Positions 53,766 to 64,000 of a stretch of 64,000 nucleotides of DNA are shown one piece after another. Source of the stretch: Alphaproteobacteria bacterium (GTDB lineage Bacteria > Pseudomonadota > Alphaproteobacteria > MPNO01 > UBA830); the NCBI GenBank assembly GCA_965243135.1, contig OZ251539.1, positions 2,048,001 to 2,112,000 of the forward strand, written 5' to 3'. The notes below the pieces were generated by a model. The model saw only the letters and a list, made by a program, of their open reading frames with translations, was not told where the DNA came from and did not search any database. How positions within the stretch are numbered: the stretch's first letter is position 1; every line of letters begins with the position of its first letter. A program made the position numbers and the translations under genes.

Positions 53766-54737
53766 TCACGCGGCCGCCGGAAAACGGTCGCGGTCGTGCG
53801 CCGCCGCCAGGTCGATCTCGGGCCCGACCGGCACGATTCCCGTCGGATTCACGTTGCGTTGTCCGCCATAATAGCCCTTCTTGATTCCTTCGACATCGAC
53901 GATCTCGGCGATGCCGGGCGTCTGGTAAAGGTCCAGCGCGTAATTCCATAGATTGGGATAGTCCTGGATTCGGCGGATATTGCACTTGAAATGGCTGAAG
54001 TAGACGAAATCGAAACGGATCAGGGTCACGAACAGCCGCCAGTCGGCTTCGGTCGGACGATCCGCGACGAGATACCGGCGCCCGGCGAGGCGCCGTTCGA
54101 GAAAATCCAGGGTCTCGAACAGCGGATAGACGGCTTCCTCGTAGGCTTCCTGGGTTTTCGAGAACCCGCACCTATACACGCCGTTGTTGAGAGTTCGATA
54201 GATTCGTTCGTTGAGCGCGTCGATCTCGGCGCGGTGCGCCGCCGGGTACAGGTCGAGCGACGGGTCGCCCCATTCGTCGAACTCCGCGTTCAACATTCTG
54301 AGGATTTCCGACGATTCGTTGTTCACGATCGTCCGGTTCCGGCGGTCCCACAGCGTCGGCACCGTCACCCGGCCGGTATAGCCGGGGTCCGCGGCGACAT
54401 AGACTTCATGGAGTTCGAGAAGTCCGTCCGCGCCGGGCCGGAGGTCGTCGATCCCCTGCGAGTACACCCAGCTGCGCCTGCGAGGCCTGTCGGAGAGCGT
54501 GATCGAAATCGCGTTTTCCAGCCCCTTGAGCCGTCGCGCGATCTGGGTGCGGTGCGCCCACGGGCAGGACGGCGCGAGAAACAGGTGGTAGCGGCCGGGT
54601 TCCGCTTTGAAGCCCGAGGAGCCGTCGGCGGTAACGAATTCGCGGAAGGACGACTCGGTACGCACGAACGCGCCCCCTTCGGGGTTGCGATATTTCGCGT
54701 CGTCTTCGATCCATTTGCCGTCGATCAACATGCCCAT
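53766..54737 (-). CDS. Glutathionyl-hydroquinone reductase (YqjG/Xi-class GST)
   Basis: CPWAHR, TVPTLWD, NNESSEI, NNGVYRCGF, NPTGIVP. Confidence 0.92.
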   Translation of the reverse strand: MGMLIDGKWIEDDAKYRNPEGGAFVRTESSFREFVTADGSSGFKAEPGRYHLFLAPSCPWAHRTQIARRLKGLENAISITLSDRPRRRSWVYSQGIDDLRPGADGLLELHEVYVAADPGYTGRVTVPTLWDRRNRTIVNNESSEILRMLNAEFDEWGDPSLDLYPAAHRAEIDALNERIYRTLNNGVYRCGFSKTQEAYEEAVYPLFETLDFLERRLAGRRYLVADRPTEADWRLFVTLIRFDFVYFSHFKCNIRRIQDYPNLWNYALDLYQTPGIAEIVDVEGIKKGYYGGQRNVNPTGIVPVGPEIDLAAAHDRDRFPAAA

Positions 54738-55320
54738 GCCAGCGCGCTCCTTATGCGTTCGGCCCGATATTACGGCGTCGCCGCGATCGGGCCAAGCCGC
54801 CGACGGCGCGAGGCGTGCGCGAACGCCGGCGGACGGAAAACGGCGAGCGGGACGGAGCTTTGCGGCGCCGTCGCGCGACCGCCCGGTTCAGGCGATTGAA
54901 CGAGGCTGCGGGTGCTTCCGGGCCGATGGCGCGACGGCCTGTTTGGGTGCCGTTCCGCCGTTGCGTAAGCAACCCCGAGCTAAAGCCACAAAAGACCGTT
55001 CCGCGAATCGACAATTTGTTTTGCGGCGGCGCTCGCCGAGTTCAAGAGCGCGACGCCGAAGGCTACCTCGCCTTGTCTTTCGCCGCGGCGCCCGAACGCG
55101 GAACGGTGATGTCGGCGCGCGACAGCGGCGCGAGGCCGACACCCAACATGCTACGGGGCGAGCAGGCGCGGATCACGAGAGTTTGCTCAGTTTCCCGGAA
55201 ATTTGCGCCATCCCGTGGAGATGCGCCGCCAGCCAGCCCGCCTCCCGGCCCAGCACCGGGCAGAATCGACGCCAAAAACGTCGCGAACGCCGCACCAAGC
55301 AGCCGCGCAATGGGCGCGCG

Positions 55321-56469
55321 TCATTTCGCCGATACGCGACATGAGTTATCCGCCGGAGCGGCGTAGCGCCGCCCTTTGGCGGACGCGACATCCTTTTCCC
55401 AAGCTTCGCGGCATCGAGGATCGTACAGGGCAACGTTTATTCCGGCGTTCTCCGAAAAGGCCGGCTGCCGGTCCTTCCAGGCCCATGCGCCGTCCCATTT
55501 CGCGTCGCCGAGCTCCCGCGCTCTGGCGAAATCCGCGCCGCTCAGGTTGGCGCGGGAAAAATCGGTCTCCCAAACGATGGCGCGAACGAACCGGGCGCCG
55601 GACAGGTCGGCGCCGACGAAACTCGCCCTCTCGAGGTCACCGTAGGTCAGATCGGCCTTGGCGAGACGTGCGGCGACGAAACGCGCGCCGCGAAAAATTC
55701 CGGTCGACAGATCGGCCTCGGTCAGATCGGCGCCGACAAAGGAGGCTTTCGACGCATCGGCTCGCCGGAGTTTGGCGTGCTTCATGGACGATCCGTCGAG
55801 CCTTGCGGAACGCATTGTGGCATCGATGAGGAACGCGCCATCGGCATCCGCGCCGACCAGAATCGCGTGCGACAGGTTGCTGTCGTTGAACCGTGCGCCC
55901 TTCAGCAAGGCGTTGCTCATGTCCGCCTTCTCGAACTGCGCGCCGCGTGCGCGCACGCGGGTGAGATCGGCATCCTTCAGGATCGCGTCGGTAAAATCCG
56001 TCCTGTCGAACCAAGCTTTTCGCAGGCTCGCTCCGCTCAGGTTAACCTCCCGCGCAACGGCCATAACGTCGTCGCCGGTTCGGGCCTCCACTTCGTCCGC
56101 GGCAAACGCGGTCGAAGTCGGACGCAGGTCGACCCAACGGAGATCCTCGCCTCTGGAATACAGATACTCCAGCGCTCCCGCGACGCCGGAATTTCCCGGA
56201 ACGTGGCTCGACACCCGGCCCCACGAATAATGCAGCCCCTGGTTCGAGTGGATGGACCACGACACGGCCAGCGAGATGCCGGCGATTACCAGCGAGGCGG
56301 CGGACACGATGATCGGCGCTCCGATGCCGAGGCGACCGGCGACCTTTCCCGACGGCGCAATAAGGAAGGTCCAGAACCTCATCCAGCCCCGTTTCACCCG
56401 AGCACCGCCATTATCACCGTCGTTCCGCATGCTTGGTAAGATCTGCGTTTCCCGCAGCATGTCAATCAA
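55321..56469 (-). CDS. Membrane-anchored pentapeptide-repeat protein (start uncertain)
   Basis: Long A(D/N)LxxA repeats after a hydrophobic segment IIVSAASLVIAGISLAVSW. Confidence 0.82.
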   Translation of the reverse strand: MIDMLRETQILPSMRNDGDNGGARVKRGWMRFWTFLIAPSGKVAGRLGIGAPIIVSAASLVIAGISLAVSWSIHSNQGLHYSWGRVSSHVPGNSGVAGALEYLYSRGEDLRWVDLRPTSTAFAADEVEARTGDDVMAVAREVNLSGASLRKAWFDRTDFTDAILKDADLTRVRARGAQFEKADMSNALLKGARFNDSNLSHAILVGADADGAFLIDATMRSARLDGSSMKHAKLRRADASKASFVGADLTEADLSTGIFRGARFVAARLAKADLTYGDLERASFVGADLSGARFVRAIVWETDFSRANLSGADFARARELGDAKWDGAWAWKDRQPAFSENAGINVALYDPRCREAWEKDVASAKGRRYAAPADNSCRVSAK

Positions 56470-56781
56470 ACTCTCATGACCTGCTCACCCCGATAACTTC
56501 GGGTATGGCTCTTCCGGCCTCGCGCCACTCGCCGACATAACCGTTCCGCGTTCGGGCGGCGCGGCGCGAAGACTGGGCGACGCGGGGCAGCCTTCGGCGT
56601 CACGCTCCCGAATTCTCGAACGGCGAGCGCCGCCGCGAAAAAATCTCGCGGAACGGTTTTGTGTGCCGGCGGCTCGTGGTTAGTTACACAAAGAATGGCG
56701 TGCGCAAACGCTTCCTGCATGGACAGAACGGGGCGGCTGCGCCATCATCGGTTGGCTACCCTATGCCGAAAAGGACGGTCG

Positions 56782-57939
56782 ATGGAATACGAGCTCCCCG
56801 AAGAACTGCGCATGCTCAAGGAAACGCTGCGGCGTTTCATCGACAACGAGGTCATTCCGATCGAGCGCGAGGCCTACGACGGCCCCGAAATGCTGCCCGA
56901 AGTCCGCGAAAAGCTGGAGCGCCGCGCCCAGGAGCTCGGCATCTGGGGCGTGGACGTGCCCGAGAGCCTGGGCGGACTCGGCATGGGATTGCTCGCCCGG
57001 GCCGTCATCTGGGAGGAAACCGGTCGCACGATCGCCTTCCCTCGCCGCAAGAAGTGGATATTCGGTCCGGACGTCAGTCCGCTCCTCGCGGAATACGCCA
57101 ACGAAGAGCAGACGGAACGGTACCTGAAGCCCTGCATCTCCGGGGACAAAAAGCCCGGCTTCGCGCAGACCGAACCCGATGCCGGCGGCGACCCGTCGGG
57201 CATGAAGACGACGGCCGTCCGCGACGGCGACCATTACGTCATCAATGGAACCAAGCGGTTCATTACCGGCGCCGACACCGCCGACTTCTTCCAGGTCATC
57301 TGCGTCACCGATCCCGAAAAAGGGGTTCGCGGCGGCATTTCCTGCATATTGGTCGATGCGGACGCGCCGGGCGTGAAGATACTCCGGAAGCAGCGGACCA
57401 TGATGGACGACCAGCCCTGCGAAATGGCGTTCGACGACGTGCGCGTGCCGGCCGGCAACCTCGTCGGCAAGGAGGGCGACGGGTTCCGCATGGCGCAGAC
57501 CTGGATCACCATGGGGCGCATCCGCCACGGCGCCATCGGCGTCGGCACGATGGAGCGCTGCCTGGAACTCGGCGCGTCCTACGCAAAGGACAGGGTCACC
57601 TTCGGCAAGCCGCTCGCCGAGCGGCAAGCGGTCCAGTGGATGTTGGTCGACACGTTCGCCGACATCCACATGGTGCGGCTAATGATCTACGCGGCCGCCG
57701 CGAGGCACGACGCCGGAGAGGACATTCGCTGGGACTCGTACATGTGCAAGTACATCGGCGACCGCAAGGCGTTCGAGGCAACCGACCGCTGCTTGCAGAT
57801 CCACGGCGGCCTCGGGCTGACCACCGATCTTCCGATCGAAAAGCTGTGGCGGGACGCGCGCTCGTTCATGATCACCGAAGGGCCGGAAGAAATCCTGAAA
57901 CACGCCCTTCAGCGCCACGTGCTGAACCTTTACGGCTGA
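56782..57939 (+). CDS. Acyl-CoA dehydrogenase
   Basis: FAQTEPDAGGD, NGTKRFIT, RVTFGKPL, QIHGGLG, EGPEEI. Confidence 0.93.
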   Translation: MEYELPEELRMLKETLRRFIDNEVIPIEREAYDGPEMLPEVREKLERRAQELGIWGVDVPESLGGLGMGLLARAVIWEETGRTIAFPRRKKWIFGPDVSPLLAEYANEEQTERYLKPCISGDKKPGFAQTEPDAGGDPSGMKTTAVRDGDHYVINGTKRFITGADTADFFQVICVTDPEKGVRGGISCILVDADAPGVKILRKQRTMMDDQPCEMAFDDVRVPAGNLVGKEGDGFRMAQTWITMGRIRHGAIGVGTMERCLELGASYAKDRVTFGKPLAERQAVQWMLVDTFADIHMVRLMIYAAAARHDAGEDIRWDSYMCKYIGDRKAFEATDRCLQIHGGLGLTTDLPIEKLWRDARSFMITEGPEEILKHALQRHVLNLYG

Positions 57940-57963
57940 CGGGCGCGGCAGGCGGGCGCCGGA

Positions 57964-59184
57964 CTACTTGCCTTCCGGCCGTTCGAGACCGAACAGCTTG
58001 AGCGCGTTCTCGCCGAGAACGTTCTTCTTCGCCTGCTCGTCCAGCATCGGAAGATTCCAGATCACGCTCGGCGCGTCGAAATCCCAGTGCGGCCAGTCGG
58101 ACGAATACAGCAACCGATCCTTCGCGTTGATCATCTTGAGCGTGACGGCGAGCGCTTCCGGATGATCGGTCTCCATCGGCTGGCAGGTGAAATACATCTC
58201 GCGCATGTATTCGCTCGGCAGGCGGCGCAGCAGCGGCGCTTCCGAAGAGCGCATCAGGTAAGTGTGATCCAGGCGCTGCATCAGCCACGGCACCCAGGCG
58301 AGGCCGGATTCGATCCAGATGACGTCGAGTTTCGGGAACCGTTCCGGCAGGCCGTTCATGATCCAGTTGCTCATGTGGACCACGCTGCACCAGACGAACG
58401 ACAACGCATGCATCGTGCCGAAGCGGTTGATCTGCATCATGGACGGATCCTGCCAGTTGTAGCCGGCGTGGAATCCCAGCGGCTTGCCCGACGATTCGAT
58501 GGCCCGGTACAGCTTCATGTAGTCGTTATGGTGAACGGGTTTGTGCCGCACCGACGTCACCATGAAACCGACCACCCCGGGATGGTCCCCGAGTTCCTCG
58601 ACGGTCTTGAGGGCGGCGTTCGGATCGCTAAACGGTAGGTAGAGAAGCGTCTTCATTCGAGGATCGGTCGGGAGAATGTTCTCGCAGAACCACCGGTCGT
58701 AGGCGCGTCCGAGCAATGCCTCCATGTCGAACTGCGGGTGCATTCCCAAGTTCAGCATCGGCGTCGGAAAGACCACCATGTAGTCGAGGTGGAACGATTC
58801 GATCGCGCGGCGAATGAGCGTGACGTCGCGATGAACCGAAGCGTCGGCAACTTGTTCGCCGAGTTTCGACTGATGGGGAATGCGGCTGCCGCAGTCCTGG
58901 TACCTGAGCGCGTGGTCGCCGTTCAGGCCGTAAGGCGGCGACCCCGTCCTGTTCTTCAGGTGGTCGAGCGCCTGCGCGCGCTGAACCTCGTCCTCGATGT
59001 ATTCGCAGATATCCCTCCACGATTCGACTTCCATGTGGTGCGCGTCGGTGTCCACAATAACGATTTCGTCGAATCTGAAGGCGTCTCCCTGCGCCTTGCA
59101 ATGGGCGAGAATGTCTCTCGTATCGGTCGCGGTGGTGATCTCCCTGATCGGAAGTTCGCGAAGACGTTCGACGCCTGTATCCAT
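57964..59184 (-). CDS. Amidohydrolase-2 family protein
   Basis: DTDAH, FPT, PLGFH, IESG, LYSSDWPHWD, ENALKLF. Confidence 0.88.
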   Translation of the reverse strand: MDTGVERLRELPIREITTATDTRDILAHCKAQGDAFRFDEIVIVDTDAHHMEVESWRDICEYIEDEVQRAQALDHLKNRTGSPPYGLNGDHALRYQDCGSRIPHQSKLGEQVADASVHRDVTLIRRAIESFHLDYMVVFPTPMLNLGMHPQFDMEALLGRAYDRWFCENILPTDPRMKTLLYLPFSDPNAALKTVEELGDHPGVVGFMVTSVRHKPVHHNDYMKLYRAIESSGKPLGFHAGYNWQDPSMMQINRFGTMHALSFVWCSVVHMSNWIMNGLPERFPKLDVIWIESGLAWVPWLMQRLDHTYLMRSSEAPLLRRLPSEYMREMYFTCQPMETDHPEALAVTLKMINAKDRLLYSSDWPHWDFDAPSVIWNLPMLDEQAKKNVLGENALKLFGLERPEGK

Positions 59185-59324
59185 TGTTTCCTCCTACCGC
59201 CGGAATCGCGGCGCAATGGTAGGATGAAATGCGGCGCTTCGCCACAACCGTCGCGAAAGCGTCCTGCCACGCCCGTCCGATTCCGTGTCAGGATGCCTCG
59301 GCGCGGAAAAAACGGAGGATTCGA

Positions 59325-60230
59325 ATGCGGCCTTTCATGATCGGAGATATCCTGATTTCGAGTTTCGTCGAGCGCGACGGACCGTGGCGCAAGCCGACGG
59401 CGATGTTTCCCACCGCCGACATGGACGTCGCGCTCGCCCATCTCCGGGAAATGCCGCCGCTGGTCTACGACGAGAACCGGAACCTGCTCGTAATCACTTA
59501 CCAGACCTTCGTCGTGCGAACGGCCAGGCACACGATCCTGATCGACACTTGCGTCGGCGAGAACAAACCGGGACGCGGCTCCGCGCTGGACTATCCCAAG
59601 CAGTCCTGGCTGAACGGCTTCGCGGCCCACGGTCTGCGGTTCGAGGACGTGGACTACGTCTTCTGCACGCATCTGCATGTCGATCATTGCGGATGGAACA
59701 CGCGGCTCGTCGACGGAAAATGGAAACCGACCTTTCCCAACGCCACTTACGTATTCGGCGGGAAGGAGTACGAGGCCTGGGAAGCGGACGCCTTATCCGG
59801 CGGGCGCTCGACGATCTGGGAGGACAGTTGCCTGCCCGTCGTGGAGGCGGGACAGGCGCGGCTGGTGGATGCGGATTTCGAGCTTGAAGACGGCATCTGG
59901 CTTACGCCCGCGTTCGGCCACTCGCCGGGCCAGGTCTGCGTCAATTTCAGGTCGCAGGGCCGGCGCGCGATCTTCACCGGCGACATGATGCACCACCCGC
60001 TTCAATGCCGGGAACCGGACTGGAGCACTTGCTTTTGCACCGACCCGAAGGAAGCCGCCGCGAGCCGGAAACGGATTCTCGCCGAGGTCGCGGACAGCGG
60101 CACCGTGGTCGTACCGGCGCATTTTCCGGGGCAGACGGCCGGCTGGGTGCGCGCCGACGGCGACGTCTGGCGCTGGCGCTTCATGAGCTTCGAGGAGCGC
60201 GTCTGGACCACCGAGGGCTTCGCCGCCTGA
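59325..60230 (+). CDS. MBL-fold metallo-hydrolase
   Basis: THLHVDHCGWN, GHSPG, GDMMH, PAHF. Confidence 0.9.
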   Translation: MRPFMIGDILISSFVERDGPWRKPTAMFPTADMDVALAHLREMPPLVYDENRNLLVITYQTFVVRTARHTILIDTCVGENKPGRGSALDYPKQSWLNGFAAHGLRFEDVDYVFCTHLHVDHCGWNTRLVDGKWKPTFPNATYVFGGKEYEAWEADALSGGRSTIWEDSCLPVVEAGQARLVDADFELEDGIWLTPAFGHSPGQVCVNFRSQGRRAIFTGDMMHHPLQCREPDWSTCFCTDPKEAAASRKRILAEVADSGTVVVPAHFPGQTAGWVRADGDVWRWRFMSFEERVWTTEGFAA

Positions 60231-60235
60231 CGGAA

Positions 60236-61105
60236 TCAGCCGCGGAAGCCGTACAGCGCCGCGGGATTGTCCACGAGCAACTTGCGCCGGGTCGCCGGGT
60301 CGGGCGCGTAACGCGGCAGAAGATCGACGAGGTCTCCGTCGTCCGGCATGCCCGTCCAGAGATTCGGGTGCGGCCAATCCGTTCCCCACAGGACGCGGTC
60401 CGAACCGGCCTCGATGACCGCTTGGGCGAAAGGGACCACATCGTCGTAGGGCGGCCCTCCGCGCGAAAGACGTTCGGCGCAGGAAATCTTGACCCACGCG
60501 TTCTCGTTCCGCATGAAGTCGAGCAGCAGGCGAAACGGTTCCGATTCGACGCCTTCGGCGACGTCGACGCGAATCATGTGGTCGAAGACCAGCGGCAATC
60601 GAAAGTCGCGCAATTCCCTTTCGAAGGCAACGATGTCCCGCGCTTCGATATAGACTACGATATGCCATCCGAATTGCTCCACCCTCTCCGCGACCCGGCG
60701 CACCCGGTCGAAATCGGGAGAGCCGCCGAGATGGCGCGCGAAACTGAAGCGAACGCCGCGAATACCGCCTGCATGGAGTTCCGCGAAGTCCTCCTCCGCG
60801 AAGCTTTCGTCGACGATCGCGACGCCGCGCCAACGTCCGCCCGAAGCGGCGACGGCTTCGAGCGTGGCGGAATTGTCGGTTCCGTGGCAGGTCGCCTGCA
60901 CGATGACGGCCCTGTCCAGACCGAGAAGGCCATGCAATCTGCGCAGCCGTTCCCCGGGCGCGTCGACCGGTCGGTAGGTGGCGTCCGGATGGTAAGGAAA
61001 CCGCTCCGAAGGCCCGAACACATGTACATGGCTGTCGCATGCGCCGGGCGGAGGAACGAATTCCGGTTTTCGCGGACATGGATGAGGCGGCGGCGGATAT
61101 TTCAT
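60236..61105 (-). CDS. Amidohydrolase, 2-pyrone-4,6-dicarboxylate lactonase (LigI)-like
   Basis: GACDSHVHVFGP, VQATCHGTDN, RGVRF, WGTDWPHPN, DNPAALY. Confidence 0.85.
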   Translation of the reverse strand: MKYPPPPHPCPRKPEFVPPPGACDSHVHVFGPSERFPYHPDATYRPVDAPGERLRRLHGLLGLDRAVIVQATCHGTDNSATLEAVAASGGRWRGVAIVDESFAEEDFAELHAGGIRGVRFSFARHLGGSPDFDRVRRVAERVEQFGWHIVVYIEARDIVAFERELRDFRLPLVFDHMIRVDVAEGVESEPFRLLLDFMRNENAWVKISCAERLSRGGPPYDDVVPFAQAVIEAGSDRVLWGTDWPHPNLWTGMPDDGDLVDLLPRYAPDPATRRKLLVDNPAALYGFRG

Positions 61106-61199
61106 CGCATGGTCCCGGCAGGTTCTCGCGCCGGACTCTTAGGCGATGCCTTTTCCGGTCGCAAGGAACGGCCGACCCGCCTCCTTGACGGGCGCTTTC

Positions 61200-62040
61200 G
61201 ACAGCACAGCGGCAAGGAAAGCGTTTCCCGGGACTGCGGCGCTCGTCGTTCTCGTCGTTCTTCCCTTCGGGTTCCTTTCCTACTTCCTCCGCAACGTGAA
61301 TGCCGTCGTCGCGCCGCAGATCGTCGCGGACCGCCCGCCCCGGAAATCGGTTCACTGAGGAGCCTGTAATTCCTTTCCGCCGCGTTGGTTCTCGTTCCTG
61401 TCGCTGTCGCGCTCGATCGCTACGGACCGCGTCGCGTCCTGATGGCGCAAACGGCGATCGCCGCTTCAGGCCGCATTCTCTTCGCCGCCGGGAACGGCGT
61501 CGAGACATTGGCCTGCGGCCGCGCCGCTTCGGCGTCGCGGATCGCCTGACCACCGCGTTCAAGGCCGTAACCGTGCCGCGCAACCGGTGGGCGACGGGAA
61601 ATTCGCTCGTGCCGACCATCGGCGGTCTCGGCGTGCGGCACGCGTCCGCTTCAATGGGGCCTCAAGACCGCCGGTTGGCGCGAAGTCTTCTTGTTGACCG
61701 GGGCAACGCGTCCGGCGGCGCTCGCCGCCGTCGTGCCGGAAAGAAACGCCGAGGTCCGCGGAGGCGGTGCGTCCAGCGTTTCAATCAACCGCGCATCCCG
61801 CGTCCCGGCGACTCATGCCCGTGGCGTCCCTGACGATGGCGGACTTCTTTTCGCTTCAGGGACTCTGGGCCAACGGATGGGCCGGCCTGACGCAGGCCGG
61901 AGCCCGGCTTCCGGCGGTCGCGACGTCGCTCGGCGCAACGTTCGTTCTCCGGATCGGCCGTTTCGCATGGTTTCTCGCCGCGCGCGAAGCCTGGCGTCCG
62001 CCCGGCGACGTTTCCGCGGAGCAACGCCGCAACGTGATAT
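61200..62040 (+). pseudogene. Decayed MFS transporter
   Basis: Fragments across frames: FLSYFLRNVNAVVAP, LDRYGPRRV (motif A), FSLQGLWA; stops and frameshifts between them. Confidence 0.65.
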
Positions 62041-62312
62041 GATCCTCGAACGTGCGGAAGCGTCCCTGTCGGGTGCGGACGGCGCGCGGTACGGCGCTCA
62101 CGCTTGCGGGCCATCGTTCCTGCGAGACCGGCGCCGCGAAGACGCGGGCGGTCGGCCGGCGGACTTTCCCGGCGCCGGAAACAGTCCGAGCGTCGTCGGC
62201 GCGTTGCCGGCGCAGCGCGTCGAATGCCGGAAGGGTCTCGGGCTCGGGGCCTCCGGTTTGGGAACTTGCGGACGCCGGAACGCAGTAACCGGAACAGTTG
62301 CGGGGCACGGCC

Positions 62313-63227
62313 GTGAATCACGCGAACCAAAGGATTTGCATCGAGGGCGAGGATTACGGCGCGATCGACATCGTCTGCAACGCCTTCACTCCCGAAGCCT
62401 CGCGGAACGGATGGATGGCGGTCGACCGGAAATTTCGCGAAAGGGTGCGCGTGCGCCCGGAGCACCGCGACGGCGTTCCGCCCGACGTCCATGTGGAAAT
62501 GATGGAGCGCGCCGGCATAGAACGCTCCTTCCTGGTGGCGTCTCGTTCCGGCGATCTGCGGATCCAGGGTTCGGCGCACATGCCCGCCGAATACGTCGCC
62601 CGCCTCGTCCGCGACCGTCCCGACAGATATTCCGGACTGATCGGCATCGACGCCTCGCGCATTATGGACAGCCTCGCCGAGGTCGAGCGCGCCGTCCGCG
62701 AAATGGGCTTCGTCGGCGCTCATCTCTATCCGCATTGGTTCGAAGAACCGCCCGATGCCCCGAGATTCTACCCGTTCTACGCCAAATGCTGCGAACTCGA
62801 CGTGCCGGTCATGATCCAGGTCGGCCATTGCCTGGTCTACAACCCGCATCGCCGCCTGCCGAGCGTCGGACGGCCGATCTGTCTCGACCGGATCGCGATC
62901 GACTTTCCCGAATTAACTCTGATCGGCATTCATATCGGGTATCCATGGCACGAGGAAATGGTATCGGTGGCCTGGAAGCACGAAAACGTCCATATCGGTC
63001 TGGACGCGCACGCTCCCGCGCACTGGCCGGAGGCGACCCGACGTTTCATGAATTCGTTGGGGCAAGAGAAGGTGCTGTTCGGCACGGACTGGCCGGTGGT
63101 CGATCCGGAACGCGCCATGCGCGAGGTCGCGGAACTGTCGTGGAAATCCGAGGCGAAGCGCAAGGTGCTGCGGGACAACGCGATGAAATTGTTTGACTTG
63201 CCAGCTACGGAGATCGCCGTACCGTAG
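62313..63227 (+). CDS. Amidohydrolase-2 family protein
   Basis: HLYPHW, YPFYAKCCELDVPV, HIGYPW, LFGTDWP, DNAMKLF. Confidence 0.88.
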   Translation: MNHANQRICIEGEDYGAIDIVCNAFTPEASRNGWMAVDRKFRERVRVRPEHRDGVPPDVHVEMMERAGIERSFLVASRSGDLRIQGSAHMPAEYVARLVRDRPDRYSGLIGIDASRIMDSLAEVERAVREMGFVGAHLYPHWFEEPPDAPRFYPFYAKCCELDVPVMIQVGHCLVYNPHRRLPSVGRPICLDRIAIDFPELTLIGIHIGYPWHEEMVSVAWKHENVHIGLDAHAPAHWPEATRRFMNSLGQEKVLFGTDWPVVDPERAMREVAELSWKSEAKRKVLRDNAMKLFDLPATEIAVP

Positions 63228-63436
63228 GTTGCGGACGGCGAACTGTCCGTCTCGACGAAACGGCAGGCGTGAGAAAGCCGGTTTTTCCTTGGCGTCCACG
63301 GCATGGCGCGGCCCGCGAACGCGATCCGTCGAGCCCGCCCGCCGGTCATGTCCGACCGGAGCGACAAGAACGGCCGCAATTTTCCAGACAGGCCGGTACG
63401 GCCGACTATCGCATGAACTGAAAGGCCGCCGCGCGA

Positions 63437-64000
63437 TTAAGCGCGCGTTTCCGGGGCGTCGAACGCTTCCGCCACCTTTACCGAGAAGCCGTCGAGCAGC
63501 GCGGAGTGCGTCACCTCGCCGCGCCGGAACACGCCGCGCTCCGAATAGGCGACGCCATCGAGCGTAAGCACGGTGATCGTTTCATCGCGCGGATCGACAA
63601 TCCAGTACTCTTGGATGCCTGCTTCGGCATAGTCGGCGCGCTTATCAACCAGATCCCTGTCCGGGTCGTCGGGGCTGACGATTTCGACCGCCAGATCCGC
63701 ACCCAGCCAGTAGCGGTCCTGGCGCCGTGGATCCGAGCGGTCTCGCAGAAGCAACAGATCGGGTTCGCGGAATTTGCCCTCGCGAACGCGCATCCGCAGG
63801 ACCGAAAACCTGACGACGCCGCCGCGCGGACCCAGCCAGGCGCGAAACAGGTCGTTAAGGAATGCAAGGACGGCTTGGTGCGCATCCGTGGGCGCAGGTA
63901 ATTCCTCGATATAGCCGTCGGTGAATTCGACCGAGCGACGACTATGGTCGGTGAGCCATAGATACGCCTGATCGCTCCAGCATCCCTGGCGAGGCAACAG
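63437..64000 (-). CDS. Uma2-family (PD-(D/E)XK-like) endonuclease; 5' end probably beyond the window
   Basis: EFTDG, REPDLL, AVEIVSP, DKRADYAEAGIQEYWIVDP. Confidence 0.9.
   Translation of the reverse strand: MLPRQGCWSDQAYLWLTDHSRRSVEFTDGYIEELPAPTDAHQAVLAFLNDLFRAWLGPRGGVVRFSVLRMRVREGKFREPDLLLLRDRSDPRRQDRYWLGADLAVEIVSPDDPDRDLVDKRADYAEAGIQEYWIVDPRDETITVLTLDGVAYSERGVFRRGEVTHSALLDGFSVKVAEAFDAPETRA

Noticed and set aside
54740-55320. 580-bp intergenic gap as a possible ncRNA or small gene
   Set aside because: Only short GC hairpins and non-protein-like ORFs were seen; nothing specific could be supported.

Overview
This is a GC-rich alphaproteobacterial (Rhodospirillales-like) chromosomal segment. 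From 1 to 20 kb it carries conserved core genes: nuoA-L (nuoL partial), tRNA-Asp and tRNA-Val, HU, lon, clpX, clpP, tig, tRNA-Leu, an AceE-like ThDP enzyme, tRNA-Pro and gpt. From 20 to 29 kb is an accessory zone with an AAA-ATPase/PD-(D/E)XK gene between degenerate direct repeats, an apparently intact ~4.2 kb four-gene DDE element, a decayed IS and a frameshifted Rpn gene. The DDE element encodes a Cys-rich/HTH protein, a Mu/TnsB-like transposase, an ExeA/TnsC-like ATPase and a RepA-like AAA_25 protein. It has TG...CA ends and an AGCT duplication in a palindromic target. From 29 to 36 kb, between tRNA-Cys and tRNA-Asn, are two CoA ligases, an MFS exporter, a gentisate-dioxygenase-like cupin and a heme-oxygenase-like diiron protein coupled to a ferredoxin. 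From 36 to 42 kb is a defence islet with decayed hicAB and a type ISP restriction-modification gene broken at a 21-nt homopolymer. From 42 to 64 kb are metal/sulfur, mod ABC, GST, pentapeptide-repeat, hydrolase-rich catabolic and Uma2 genes. The most interesting candidates are the four-gene transposon, the possibly phase-variable type ISP enzyme and the diiron enzyme-ferredoxin pair. All calls come from motif recognition by eye; no database searches were run.
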